From a virus, in the UHGV virus genome UHGV-0113878: a DNA stretch of 11,515 nucleotides; one strand, given 5' to 3'. Shown here one piece after another: positions 1 to 8,701 of this stretch (positions within the stretch are counted from its first letter, which is position 1; each line of letters starts with the position of its first letter). The position numbers and the translations under genes were made by a program. A model generated the notes under the pieces. That model ran no database searches. It was not told the origin of the DNA and saw only the letters and a list, made by a program, of their open reading frames with translations.

Positions 1-50
1 TCACAAAGTCACCTGTCACTCTTTCTGGCTGCCAGATAAGGATTGAGTAA
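1..50 (+). CDS. 3' end of an upstream late gene (partial; by position possibly the gp10-like tail hub/head completion gene)
   Basis: The frame ending at TAA 48-50 is open from the window edge (codons 3-5 onward, reading ...[15 protein letters not shown]). The stop overlaps the ATG of the next gene (TAATG), the same coupling used elsewhere in this operon. The product is inferred only from P22 gene order. Confidence 0.3.
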   Translation, partial: TKSPVTLSGCQIRIE

Positions 51-1003
51 TGGCTGATTCGAATCTCAATGAGCCAGTAATCATCCAGGCTACGCGGCTC
101 GATACATCAGTCCTTCCACGCAATATCTTCTCGCAGTCGTATCTGCTTTACGTTATTGCACAGGGTGCTGATGTTGGTAACGTGGCTAACAAGGCTAACG
201 AAGCAGGGAAGGGGGCTTATGATGCACAGGTGAAGAATGATGAGCAGGATGCCACCCTTGCAGACCATGAATCCAGAATTGCTGCTGCTGAAGCAACTCT
301 CGTCAATCATGAACATAGAATCGCAACAGCGGAAAGCACTCTTGCAGATCATGAAACAAGGATTATGGCTGCCGAAACAGAGCTGGCTGATCACGAGACG
401 CGAATTGCTGCCAATGAATCTGAGTTAGCAGACCATGATGCGCGCATAACTCAGAATACAACCGATATCGACGCACTTGATACCAGGCTCGCAGCGGCAG
501 AGGGAAGTATTTCGACGCTACAAAGCACAGTTGGTGATCACTCAACAAGAATATCTGCGCTTGAGTATGCCACCACGCGCAAGAAATCAGAGGTTGTTTA
601 CTCAGGAGTATCTGTAACCATCCCGACAGCGCCGACCAACCTTGTTAGCCTGCTGAAAACGCTCACGCCGTCATCCGGAACGTTGGCACCATTCTTCGAC
701 ACCGTTAACAACAAGATTGTTGTGTTCAACGAGAACAAAACCTTGTTCTTCAAGCTGTCGATTGTCGGGACGTGGCCCAGCGGAACCGCCAACAGGTCAA
801 TGCAGCTAACATTCTCCGGTTCTGTTCCTGACACACTGGTCAGCAGTCGTAATGCGGCGACAACAACCGACAACATCCTGTTAGCTACGTTCTTCAGTGT
901 GGATAAAGACGGCTTTCTTGCCACAAATGGCAGTACGTTAACCATTCAGTCGAATGGTGCGGCGTTTACTGCCACAACCATCAAGATAATCGCGGAGCAG
1001 TAA
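50..1003 (+). CDS. Tail needle protein (P22 gp26-like) with coiled-coil shaft and C-terminal knob domain
   Basis: The N-terminus [43 protein letters not shown]...[12 protein letters not shown] closely matches the P22 gp26 tail-needle N-terminus as I recall it. It is followed by a heptad-type repeat region (aa 69-152) and a ~160-aa beta-rich C-terminal extension, as in Sf6/HK620-type knobbed needles. SD-like AAGGA sits about 6 nt upstream of the ATG. Confidence 0.85.
   Translation: MADSNLNEPVIIQATRLDTSVLPRNIFSQSYLLYVIAQGADVGNVANKANEAGKGAYDAQVKNDEQDATLADHESRIAAAEATLVNHEHRIATAESTLADHETRIMAAETELADHETRIAANESELADHDARITQNTTDIDALDTRLAAAEGSISTLQSTVGDHSTRISALEYATTRKKSEVVYSGVSVTIPTAPTNLVSLLKTLTPSSGTLAPFFDTVNNKIVVFNENKTLFFKLSIVGTWPSGTANRSMQLTFSGSVPDTLVSSRNAATTTDNILLATFFSVDKDGFLATNGSTLTIQSNGAAFTATTIKIIAEQ
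254..505 (+). repeat. Six tandem 42-nt (14-codon) coding repeats inside the tail needle gene
   Basis: Translated units are [14 protein letters not shown] / [14 protein letters not shown] / [14 protein letters not shown] / [14 protein letters not shown] / [14 protein letters not shown] / [14 protein letters not shown]. They are in frame and diverged at the nucleotide level, with an [AV][DN]HExRI core. Confidence 0.7.
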
Positions 1004-1458
1004 TGATTCAGTTCAAACCAACGCGAAACATCGACCTGATCGAAGCAGTAGGAAATCACCCTGACATTATCGCCGGGAGCAACAACGGTGATGGATACGA
1101 CTACAAACCTGATTGCCGTTACTTTGAGGTGAACGTGCACGGGCAGTTCGGCGGCATTGTTTACTATCAGGAGATTCAGCCGCTGACATTCAATTGCCAC
1201 GCCATGTACCTGCCAGAGATTCGCGGCTTCAGCAAGGAAATCGGGCTGGCGTTCTGGCGATACATTCTGACTAACACCACTGTTCAGTGTGTCACATCGT
1301 TCGCTGCGCGCAAATTCCGCCACGGGCAGATGTACTGCGCAATGATTGGCCTTAATCGTGTAGGAACCATCAAGAAATACTTCAAAGGCGTGGATGACGT
1401 GACATTTTACAGTGCTACACGCGAAGAACTAATCGAATTCCTGAATCACGGGAGATAG
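1003..1458 (+). CDS. Phage protein at the gp14 position (between tail needle and ejection proteins); function not assignable from sequence
   Basis: A 151-aa ORF whose start overlaps the needle stop (TAATG). It keeps the gene order 26-14-7-20-16 of P22-like phages. No motif is recognisable; the protein is Cys/aromatic-rich. Confidence 0.6.
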   Translation: MIQFKPTRNIDLIEAVGNHPDIIAGSNNGDGYDYKPDCRYFEVNVHGQFGGIVYYQEIQPLTFNCHAMYLPEIRGFSKEIGLAFWRYILTNTTVQCVTSFAARKFRHGQMYCAMIGLNRVGTIKKYFKGVDDVTFYSATREELIEFLNHGR

Positions 1459-1460
1459 CC

Positions 1461-2153
1461 ATGTTATATGCATTTAAGCTGGGCAGAAAACTGCGCGGCG
1501 AGGAGCCTTATTGCCCTGAAAAAGGCGGGAAAGGTGGCAGTTCTGATAAAAGCGCAAAGTATGCATCAGAAGCTCAGAAGTATGCCGCAGACCTGCAAAA
1601 TCAGCAGTGGCAGACGATCATGAAAAACCTTGCTCCGTTCACGCCTCTTGCGGAGCAGTATGTTAACCAGCTTCAGAACCTTTCCAGTTTAGAAGGTCAG
1701 GGGCAGGCACTTAATCAGTATTACAACTCTCAGCAGTATAAAGACCTTGCAGGTCAGGCTCGTTACCAGAGTCTTGCTGCTGCGGAGGCTACGGGAGGAC
1801 TTGGTTCGACAGCCACAAGCAATCAACTGGCTACGATCGCGCCGACTCTCGGTCAGTCTTGGTTATCAAACCAGATGAGCAATTACAACAATCTGGCAAA
1901 CGTTGGGCTTGGTGCGCTGCAAGGTCAGGCAAACGCCGGGCAGACGTACGCCAACAACATGAGCAGCATTGCACAGCAAAGCGCAGCTCTTGCCGCTGCT
2001 AATGCCAACAAACCATCAAGTCTTCAGACAGCAATTAGTGGCGGAACGTCTGGTGCGATTGCCGGTGCAGGTCTTGCCAGCCTTTTGGGAACATCAACAC
2101 CTTGGGGCGCTGGCATTGGTGCTGGTATCGGATTGCTTGGCTCGTTGTTTTAA
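1461..2153 (+). CDS. Ejection (DNA-transfer / internal virion) protein, gp7-position
   Basis: 230 aa, close to the ~229 aa of P22 gp7, and in the expected position. It is Gln/Ala/Gly/Ser-rich and ends in a glycine-zipper-like hydrophobic segment (GAIAGAGLASLLG...GAGIGAGIGLLGSLF). Confidence 0.75.
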   Translation: MLYAFKLGRKLRGEEPYCPEKGGKGGSSDKSAKYASEAQKYAADLQNQQWQTIMKNLAPFTPLAEQYVNQLQNLSSLEGQGQALNQYYNSQQYKDLAGQARYQSLAAAEATGGLGSTATSNQLATIAPTLGQSWLSNQMSNYNNLANVGLGALQGQANAGQTYANNMSSIAQQSAALAAANANKPSSLQTAISGGTSGAIAGAGLASLLGTSTPWGAGIGAGIGLLGSLF

Positions 2154-2162
2154 GGGGTAATC

Positions 2163-3494
2163 ATGGCTACTTGGCAAGGATCAAATGGCGGATTGTTGGC
2201 TGGTATCGGCGGCGTCAACTCAAACGCTCCGAGCGTAAATGACATCGGCAATACGCTTCAGCTTATCAGGCAGAACAATGATATTGAGCGTTCAGGTGCT
2301 AACAATGTTGGGCTGACTGCTTTGCAAGGTCTTTCAGGTATTGCGGGTGTTTTTCAGCAGGAAAAGCAGGCTCAGCGGCAGAAAGAATTTCAGCAGGCGT
2401 ACGCTAATGCTTATGCGTCTGGTGATCGCGGTGCTTTGCGTCAGTTGGCTACTCAATATCCAGACCAGATTGAATCCGTTCGTAAAGGCATGGGATTCAT
2501 TGATGAAGAGCAGCGTAATTCTATCGGCACCTTAGCGGCTGGCGCACGCCTTGCGTCATCGTCTCCAGAAGCAATGCAATCATGGCTGCAAAACAACGCC
2601 GGTGAGTTAGCTCGTGTTGGCGTTAATCCTCATGACGTCGCTCAGATGTACCAACAGAACCCGCGGCAGTTCGGCGAATTTGTCGATCACCTGGGGATGA
2701 ACAGTCTCGGGCCAGAAAAATACTTTGACCTACAGGATAAAATGCAGGGTCGCCAGGTGACCATGCGCGGTCAGGATCTGGATTCGCAAACCGCCGCCCG
2801 GAATCAGGCAATCACAATGCGTGGGCAAGATATCCAGGCAAATTTAGGTCAGCAGCGCATTAATCTGGACGCAGAAACAAACCGCATTAACAACGAAAAT
2901 AAGCACCTTGACCGGATGCTATCAGCAGAAACTAACGACCTGAAGCGCCAGGAAATACAGAGCCGCATAGCAGCCAACAACCAGAAGTTGCAGCAGAAGC
3001 AGCAAGAGCTAAATGATGGCTACAAAGACGGCATCAACACTCTCACAACCAGCATGTTCACTCTGAACGATATCGTTAATTCTCCTGCACTTAAGAGCAT
3101 TACAGGCTTGCGTGGAGCAATCCCCAACGTTCCAGGCTCACAAGCTGCAGACACTCAGGCGCGACTTGATACCTTTAAATCCCAAGCATACCTGACAGCG
3201 GTTCAGGCCATGCGAGGCATGGGCGCACTTTCTGATGCCGAGGGCAAAAAGCTCGACCAGGCTGTTGGTTCGCTGCAGAACTCACAGAGCGAGGAGTCCT
3301 TTCGTCGCAACGCTGGCGTCATCCTGAACACGCTCAACCAGAAGCGTAATGAGGCGGTTGGTAAGTACGTTCAGCAAAACGGTATCAAGCGAGTGGAAGC
3401 GCCTCAGGCTTCTATAGATTACCTGAAGCAGCACCCCGAGCTGTCAATCGACTTCATTAATCGCTACGGATATCTTCCATCTTTGGGGCAGTAA
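2163..3494 (+). CDS. Ejection (DNA-transfer / internal virion) protein, gp20-position
   Basis: A 443-aa ORF with a good SD (AAGGGG) upstream. It is Gln/Asn-rich with an internal repeat ([VI]TMRGQD[LI]) and predicted coiled-coil character. Assignment is by size and synteny. Confidence 0.7.
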   Translation: MATWQGSNGGLLAGIGGVNSNAPSVNDIGNTLQLIRQNNDIERSGANNVGLTALQGLSGIAGVFQQEKQAQRQKEFQQAYANAYASGDRGALRQLATQYPDQIESVRKGMGFIDEEQRNSIGTLAAGARLASSSPEAMQSWLQNNAGELARVGVNPHDVAQMYQQNPRQFGEFVDHLGMNSLGPEKYFDLQDKMQGRQVTMRGQDLDSQTAARNQAITMRGQDIQANLGQQRINLDAETNRINNENKHLDRMLSAETNDLKRQEIQSRIAANNQKLQQKQQELNDGYKDGINTLTTSMFTLNDIVNSPALKSITGLRGAIPNVPGSQAADTQARLDTFKSQAYLTAVQAMRGMGALSDAEGKKLDQAVGSLQNSQSEESFRRNAGVILNTLNQKRNEAVGKYVQQNGIKRVEAPQASIDYLKQHPELSIDFINRYGYLPSLGQ

Positions 3495-5888
3495 ATGGCT
3501 AATTACCGTGATTTGTTAGAGCAGGCTGGCGCACGTTACGGTGTGCCAGAAGGGTTGATGACTGCACTGGGTGCCAAGGAGTCTTCTTACAACCCTGCCG
3601 CAGTAAGCTCCGCCGGGGCTGTAGGATTGACTCAGGTCATGCCTGGGACATGGCGTGATATGGGTTATACCGATGAGCAAATGCAAAACCCCGAATATCA
3701 GGCTGACGCTGGCGCGCGCTATCTGGCAAAGATGTACCAGCAGTTTGGTAACTGGCGTGACGCTCTTCAGGCTTATCACGACGGTCCCGGCAACGTTATG
3801 AAGGCAAAGCGTGGTGAATATACGCCAGGACCTGAAGGCCGCGGTTACGTTGATGATCGCTTTGCTCAATGGGCTGGTGACCCGGTGACAGACTCAACAG
3901 TCGAACAGCGCGCCACCTCTGCAAAGGTACATCCTCAGCAAGACCCTAACAACCCGTTTGCACAACTGGAAGTACAGTCATCCGAACAAGTATCGGCATC
4001 AGGTGTGCAGTCAGACCCAAATAATCCATTTGCTCAGATTGAGCAGCAGGCAGCCAGTCAGCAGCCACCTCAACCCGTAAGTTCTGTCGCACCGAAACCT
4101 GTTCAGCAGCAAGGCGGAATAATGTCTGACCTTGGTAATGGACTTGCTGAAACCGGGCGCGGCTTACTACAGGCAGGAATCAACGTAGCGAACATACCTG
4201 CTGAACTCACTGATGCTGTAACAAGCGCGGCGGCTTGGGCTGGCGGTAAACTCGGCATTGGCGATGGTACATATCAACCAGCGCCACGAGTAACAACGCA
4301 GGGATTAGAGCAGGACTTTGGCCTTCAGCAAGGCGCGCTGACTCCACAAACGACAGAGGGAAGGGTATTTGCTGAAGCATTGCCTTACCTCACTCCTGCT
4401 GGCGTTGAGAGAGCGGCGGTACAGGCACCAACACTTGCTGGTCGAATTGCTCAGGGGGCAACTCGCCTTCTAGCAGAAAACGCAGTTGGATCACTTGCTG
4501 CAAACAGTATGAAAGATGATGCTGAAGCACTCGCTACCGATTTAGGCGTTGGTGTGCTGGCTGGCGGTGCTATTAACGCTGCCGGACGTGGATTAGGTGC
4601 TGCTTATCGTGGCGTTCGTGGTGCTATTGCGCCAGAAGCGCAGCAGGCTATCAGATTTGCAGAGCGTGAAGGAGTTCCTCTGCACACCACAGACCTGTTA
4701 CAGCCTACTTCCCGCGTCGGGAAAATGGCGCAGACGACAGCGGAAAATATCCCCCTGGCTGGCACAAGCGGAATGAGAGCAACGCAACAGGAAGCGAGAA
4801 GCCAGTTGGTGCAGAGATTTGCTGATAAATTCGGTGAGTATGATCCAGCTGTTGTTATTGACAGCCTTAAAGCGAAAACATCAGGAATTCGTCGTGCTGC
4901 AGGGAACCGTCTTGAGCAGGTTCAGAATGCAATGGCGGGAGTCAATATCCAGCCTGCTCGAGCAATTCAGCAGATTGATACAGAAATATCTAACCTGCAG
5001 AAGCTTGGTAAGGTCGCCGATAACGAGACTATTTCAAAACTTCAGTCCTATCGTGATGAGCTTGTTCGCAATGCTGGTCCTGATGGTCCGGTAAATCTGG
5101 ATTTGAAGCAATTAAGCGATCTGCGCAGCCAGTTCAGAATGGACGTGAAGGGGGAACGACCAGTGTTACCAAACCGGTCCGATGCTGCCATTCAGCGCGT
5201 TTACAAGGCAATGACAGACGATATCAATGGTGCCATTGGTCAGAATCTTGGCAACGATACTCTCCGTAAATATCAGCAGGCCAATGCCGTCTACGCTGAC
5301 GAAGCGGCGAAACTAAAGAATACCAGGCTGAAGAATGTTCTCATGAAAGGCGACCTGACGCCGGAAGTTGTCAACAACATGCTATTCAGCAAGAACAAAT
5401 CGGAAATTAAGACGCTGTATAACTCAGTTGGTCGTGTTGGCAGGGCGCAAATGCGCAATGGCATCATTGGAAAGGCGATGGAGAAATCAGGTGGTTCCCC
5501 TGACCAGTTCCTTCGACAGCTTAACATCCTGCAAAACCAGACTGGCATCACATTTAAAGGTCAGGAAGCCGCTTATCTGAAAGGATTAAAAAACTACCTG
5601 CAATCCACGCAGCAGGCTGCAAAAGCGGCAGTAACAACACCCACAGGGCAGCAAACTATCCCGTTCATTATTGGGTATGGGACGGCAATGAACCCGGCGA
5701 CAACTGGCGCAGCAGTAAGCTACGGACTTCTTGCTCGCGCCTATGAGAGCGAGCCATTCAGAAATGCAATGCTCCGAATGGCAAACACCCCACGCGGATC
5801 AACAGCGTTTGAGAAAGCCATGCAGCAGGCACAAAAGGCAATTAACGCTATGACGCAGGGGGCTAAGTCTGATGCGTTGTCAGAATAG
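3495..5888 (+). CDS. Ejection protein (gp16-position) with N-terminal family-1 lytic transglycosylase (SLT) domain
   Basis: The N-terminal ~110 aa carry the three classic SLT motifs: AKES (catalytic Glu29, nt 3579-3581), GLTQVMPGTW, and AYHDGPGN. A linker with two DPNNPFAQ[LI]E repeats and a long Ala/Gly-rich body follow. The ATG abuts the upstream stop (TAAATG). Confidence 0.85.
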   Translation: MANYRDLLEQAGARYGVPEGLMTALGAKESSYNPAAVSSAGAVGLTQVMPGTWRDMGYTDEQMQNPEYQADAGARYLAKMYQQFGNWRDALQAYHDGPGNVMKAKRGEYTPGPEGRGYVDDRFAQWAGDPVTDSTVEQRATSAKVHPQQDPNNPFAQLEVQSSEQVSASGVQSDPNNPFAQIEQQAASQQPPQPVSSVAPKPVQQQGGIMSDLGNGLAETGRGLLQAGINVANIPAELTDAVTSAAAWAGGKLGIGDGTYQPAPRVTTQGLEQDFGLQQGALTPQTTEGRVFAEALPYLTPAGVERAAVQAPTLAGRIAQGATRLLAENAVGSLAANSMKDDAEALATDLGVGVLAGGAINAAGRGLGAAYRGVRGAIAPEAQQAIRFAEREGVPLHTTDLLQPTSRVGKMAQTTAENIPLAGTSGMRATQQEARSQLVQRFADKFGEYDPAVVIDSLKAKTSGIRRAAGNRLEQVQNAMAGVNIQPARAIQQIDTEISNLQKLGKVADNETISKLQSYRDELVRNAGPDGPVNLDLKQLSDLRSQFRMDVKGERPVLPNRSDAAIQRVYKAMTDDINGAIGQNLGNDTLRKYQQANAVYADEAAKLKNTRLKNVLMKGDLTPEVVNNMLFSKNKSEIKTLYNSVGRVGRAQMRNGIIGKAMEKSGGSPDQFLRQLNILQNQTGITFKGQEAAYLKGLKNYLQSTQQAAKAAVTTPTGQQTIPFIIGYGTAMNPATTGAAVSYGLLARAYESEPFRNAMLRMANTPRGSTAFEKAMQQAQKAINAMTQGAKSDALSE

Positions 5889-6052
5889 CTTCGCAAACAC
5901 CAGGAACGTGCAAAAACCAAATATATAGAGCGCAATATTCAACAGATCTCTTTGCATAGACTCATCTCATAATTAACAAATCATAACTGACATTAGTGCA
6001 ATGCAGGGCAAGTTGCATCTTGTTCAGCATTGCTACGTCTGGAGCAAATTAA

Positions 6053-8452
6053 ATGACAGATATTACAGCCAATGTTGTAGTGAGTATGCCTTCGCAACTC
6101 TTCACTATGGCGCGTTCTTTTAAAGCGGTTGCCAATGGCAAAATTTATATCGGTAAAATTGACACTGACCCGGTAAATCCTGAAAACCAGATTCAGGTTT
6201 ATGTGGAGAACGAAGACGGTTCTCACATTCCTGTTTCTCAACCAATCATCATTAACGCTGCTGGATATCCGGTATATAACGGGCAGATTGCCAAATTCGT
6301 AACTGTTCAAGGCCATTCTATGGCTGTATATGATGCATATGGCACTCAGCAGTTCTATTTCCCTAATGTGCTGAAGTATGACCCGGATCAGCTACGGCAG
6401 CAGTTAGAAGACCCGGATGGTGCTAAAAAATATCCCGAATTGCAGATTGCACGATGGCGTGATGACAAAGATGTTCGCGGTTGGGGGGCTATCAGTGATG
6501 GAATAACTGACGCTACTGAGGCATTCTCTAACGCAGGCTATAGAATGTTTGTTCCTGATGGCGATTTTGCAGTAAATACTCTCGAAGTTGATGTATCTTC
6601 TGTTCAAGGTATTGGGAGGATTGTTGCTGATAATGGATCTCTTATTTCAGTTTCTCGTCTACTTGAAACTGACAAACTTGTGCAGAGAAAAATGATGGAA
6701 CCTTTTTTTGGTTTTCAGGGAGAAACAAACACAGAAATTTATCCTAATGCCAGAAATGCGTTACAGGGGATCGCATATTGCCGTGTTAATGGCATTGAAA
6801 AACTATTTGTCACACAACGGCCTGTTGGGCCAACCTGGTCAGATAAAGAAAGAGTTCGTATTGTTGAGTTTAATCTTTATGATGATGGAAGGGTAGTAAA
6901 CCATGTTGCGTATTCTCCAGAATTAAACCTTGGGCACGGATTTGATCTTTCTGCCATGGTGGAGAATGGTCAAGTATATTTATATACATCAAGTGTAACC
7001 AATTCAGGTGAAGATGGGGAGTCTGCAGGCAAAGGGTTTAGTAAAATAACTTGGCGAGGGGCAGGAACAACTCAGTCTGACGTAAAAAGTTATAATGTAT
7101 GGGGGATTACTGGTAGCGGTCACCCATTTCAAGATTACAATCGTGCAGGAATTGCCATTTCTTCTGACGGTCGTCTTTTAATAATGGTTAATACACCAAA
7201 GAGTGATGCCGCTAAACGAACTGTATTTATATACGATAAAATATCAATTGATAAACTTGAAGATAAAACATTAGCAAACCCCATGTTTGTTTGGGAAATG
7301 AGCGACTCACCTTCTGAAGGCGCTTACTCTGTACAAGGTATTGCGTCTGATGGAAGATATATACATATACTTAAGGGAGGCACTAATGCTTTTGGAAAGC
7401 ATCATATCTTTACATATGATTTAACAGGTAATTTACTAAGAAAATTAGATATCGATGATGCAAGGTCGCAATATGGGCGCGATGGGTTGCTTAACCATCC
7501 AACTCTTGGGAATCCAGCCAGATTCGAGCCGGAAGGTTTAACTATTCGTGGCGAAGAAATAATTATAAGCTGCATAGAAACATGGAGGGCAGGAGCTAAT
7601 ATTGTAAACTGGCGTGGAAGAAGATGGGCTGCATCATCCATTGAGACTTCTGGAATAATTGGTGTCCCTCCATCAAATGGCTCTTATTGGGTAGAAACAA
7701 CCAAGGATGCAAATTCTGGAGACTGGAGTCCTGATACAGATTATGGATGGGGAAGTAGCTATTCTCTTGAGAAAAAGACAATTTACTCTATACGACCAGC
7801 GACTGGTAACAACGATGAGCAGAACCTTAATTCTGGCATAACCAATGCTTCAAGTAATGCAGGTGTAGATGCCGGAGAAAGCGGGCGAAATATATCATTT
7901 AGATGGCGCAATGCTTTTAATATTGTTGCATTTAGCGAACGTCTTGGTGAGTACTTCAAAGCTATTATGTATGATAATAGCTCAAGATTAAGAATATACG
8001 ATCAGCAAAACGGTAGTGATAACACTGTTTATGGCTCAATCCAGGCACTATTTACGTCATCATTTAAGGGATTGATTTTAAGGGGTAGGGGGGTATCAGC
8101 ATCAAATAGTTCCTATATTAGGTTACATTCATCTGATGATCCAAACTACCCAAATTCGATCATTGAAGGAACAAGAACAGATGGAAGTTTTTCCAGGGAA
8201 ACAGATTCAAACGGAACCACTACATTTGCATCGGACTCAGAGCACGAACCGTTGCGTATCAGAAGGGCTTCAGATGGTTTGTTGTTTGCATACGAGAAAG
8301 TAAGAGGTACAACTCTCTTTGGAATTTATAGAGGCTCCGGTTCACCTGAGGGTGTTGTGACCGCACCTCAGGGGTCAATGTACATTGATTATAATGGTGA
8401 TTGGTATCAAAAGAAAACAGGAACAGGAAATACAGGATGGGTGTTAAAATAG
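6053..8452 (+). CDS. Tailspike protein: P22/Sf6/HK620-type head-binding N-terminal domain fused to a divergent receptor-binding (probable glycan-depolymerase) region
   Basis: The N-terminal ~113 aa ([50 protein letters not shown]...VLKYDPDQ) match the conserved head-binding domain of P22 gp9 and the HK620/Sf6 tailspikes as I recall them. The remaining ~690 aa are unrelated to the P22 beta-helix. GGAG sits 8 nt upstream of the ATG. The gene is markedly more AT-rich than upstream genes. Confidence 0.9.
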   Translation: MTDITANVVVSMPSQLFTMARSFKAVANGKIYIGKIDTDPVNPENQIQVYVENEDGSHIPVSQPIIINAAGYPVYNGQIAKFVTVQGHSMAVYDAYGTQQFYFPNVLKYDPDQLRQQLEDPDGAKKYPELQIARWRDDKDVRGWGAISDGITDATEAFSNAGYRMFVPDGDFAVNTLEVDVSSVQGIGRIVADNGSLISVSRLLETDKLVQRKMMEPFFGFQGETNTEIYPNARNALQGIAYCRVNGIEKLFVTQRPVGPTWSDKERVRIVEFNLYDDGRVVNHVAYSPELNLGHGFDLSAMVENGQVYLYTSSVTNSGEDGESAGKGFSKITWRGAGTTQSDVKSYNVWGITGSGHPFQDYNRAGIAISSDGRLLIMVNTPKSDAAKRTVFIYDKISIDKLEDKTLANPMFVWEMSDSPSEGAYSVQGIASDGRYIHILKGGTNAFGKHHIFTYDLTGNLLRKLDIDDARSQYGRDGLLNHPTLGNPARFEPEGLTIRGEEIIISCIETWRAGANIVNWRGRRWAASSIETSGIIGVPPSNGSYWVETTKDANSGDWSPDTDYGWGSSYSLEKKTIYSIRPATGNNDEQNLNSGITNASSNAGVDAGESGRNISFRWRNAFNIVAFSERLGEYFKAIMYDNSSRLRIYDQQNGSDNTVYGSIQALFTSSFKGLILRGRGVSASNSSYIRLHSSDDPNYPNSIIEGTRTDGSFSRETDSNGTTTFASDSEHEPLRIRRASDGLLFAYEKVRGTTLFGIYRGSGSPEGVVTAPQGSMYIDYNGDWYQKKTGTGNTGWVLK

Positions 8453-8532
8453 ACTATTCTATTTTAATTTTTCCCATTAATTAATGATGGGAATCCCAAA
8501 AATTGATAATACATCATCTATTTATAACTCAG

Positions 8533-8557
8533 CCACCTCATAGTGAGGTGGTCTTTT
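8533..8557 (+). terminator. Putative rho-independent terminator after the tailspike gene
   Basis: An 8-bp perfect stem CCACCTCA/TGAGGTGG with a 3-nt loop is followed by TCTTTT. A second, weaker similar hairpin (CCACC-TTG-GGTGG + GCTTTTA) lies at 8576-8595. Confidence 0.5.
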
Positions 8558-8634
8558 ACTGTTATCCCTAAATCACCACCTTGGGTGGGCTTTTACCAAT
8601 ACCAATGACAGTATTTTTGCTGTAAGAAAGTAAC

Positions 8635-8656
8635 AATAAACCATAAATGGTTTATT
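8635..8656. promoter_or_regulatory. Perfect 10-bp inverted repeat (AATAAACCAT-AA-ATGGTTTATT), candidate operator or regulatory site upstream of the lysis cassette
   Basis: The dyad symmetry is read directly from the sequence. It lies ~55 nt upstream of the first lysis-cassette start, in an AT-rich intergenic region. Function is inferred. Confidence 0.35.
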
Positions 8657-8701
8657 ATGCTTTGTGACTTACCATTTAGGAGGTTGTAATGCATATAAAC
8701 G

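Noticed and set aside
107-1323. Minus-strand ORFs overlapping the tail needle and gp14-position genes (107..394, 363..548, 598..945, 946..1323)
   Set aside because: They lie antisense within well-supported + strand genes, have no plausible ribosome-binding sites, and give low-complexity or Cys-rich translations typical of shadow ORFs.
1969-2535. Alternate-frame + strand ORFs inside the gp7- and gp20-position genes (1969..2160, 2341..2535)
   Set aside because: They are out of frame within longer, better-supported ORFs and have no independent start signals.
3495-5888. Possibility that the 797-aa protein is a tape-measure protein with a lytic domain
   Set aside because: The context is a podovirus-type module (tail needle and tailspike, with no tail tube or sheath genes), and the gene occupies the gp16 ejection-protein position. 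A tape-measure assignment does not fit.
5889-6052. Sigma70 promoter for the tailspike gene (TTGCAT at 5952-5957; CATAAT at 5968-5973)
   Set aside because: The hexamers are only 10 nt apart, and no other -35/-10 pair with 16-18 nt spacing is convincing. The gene is probably read through from the upstream late transcript.
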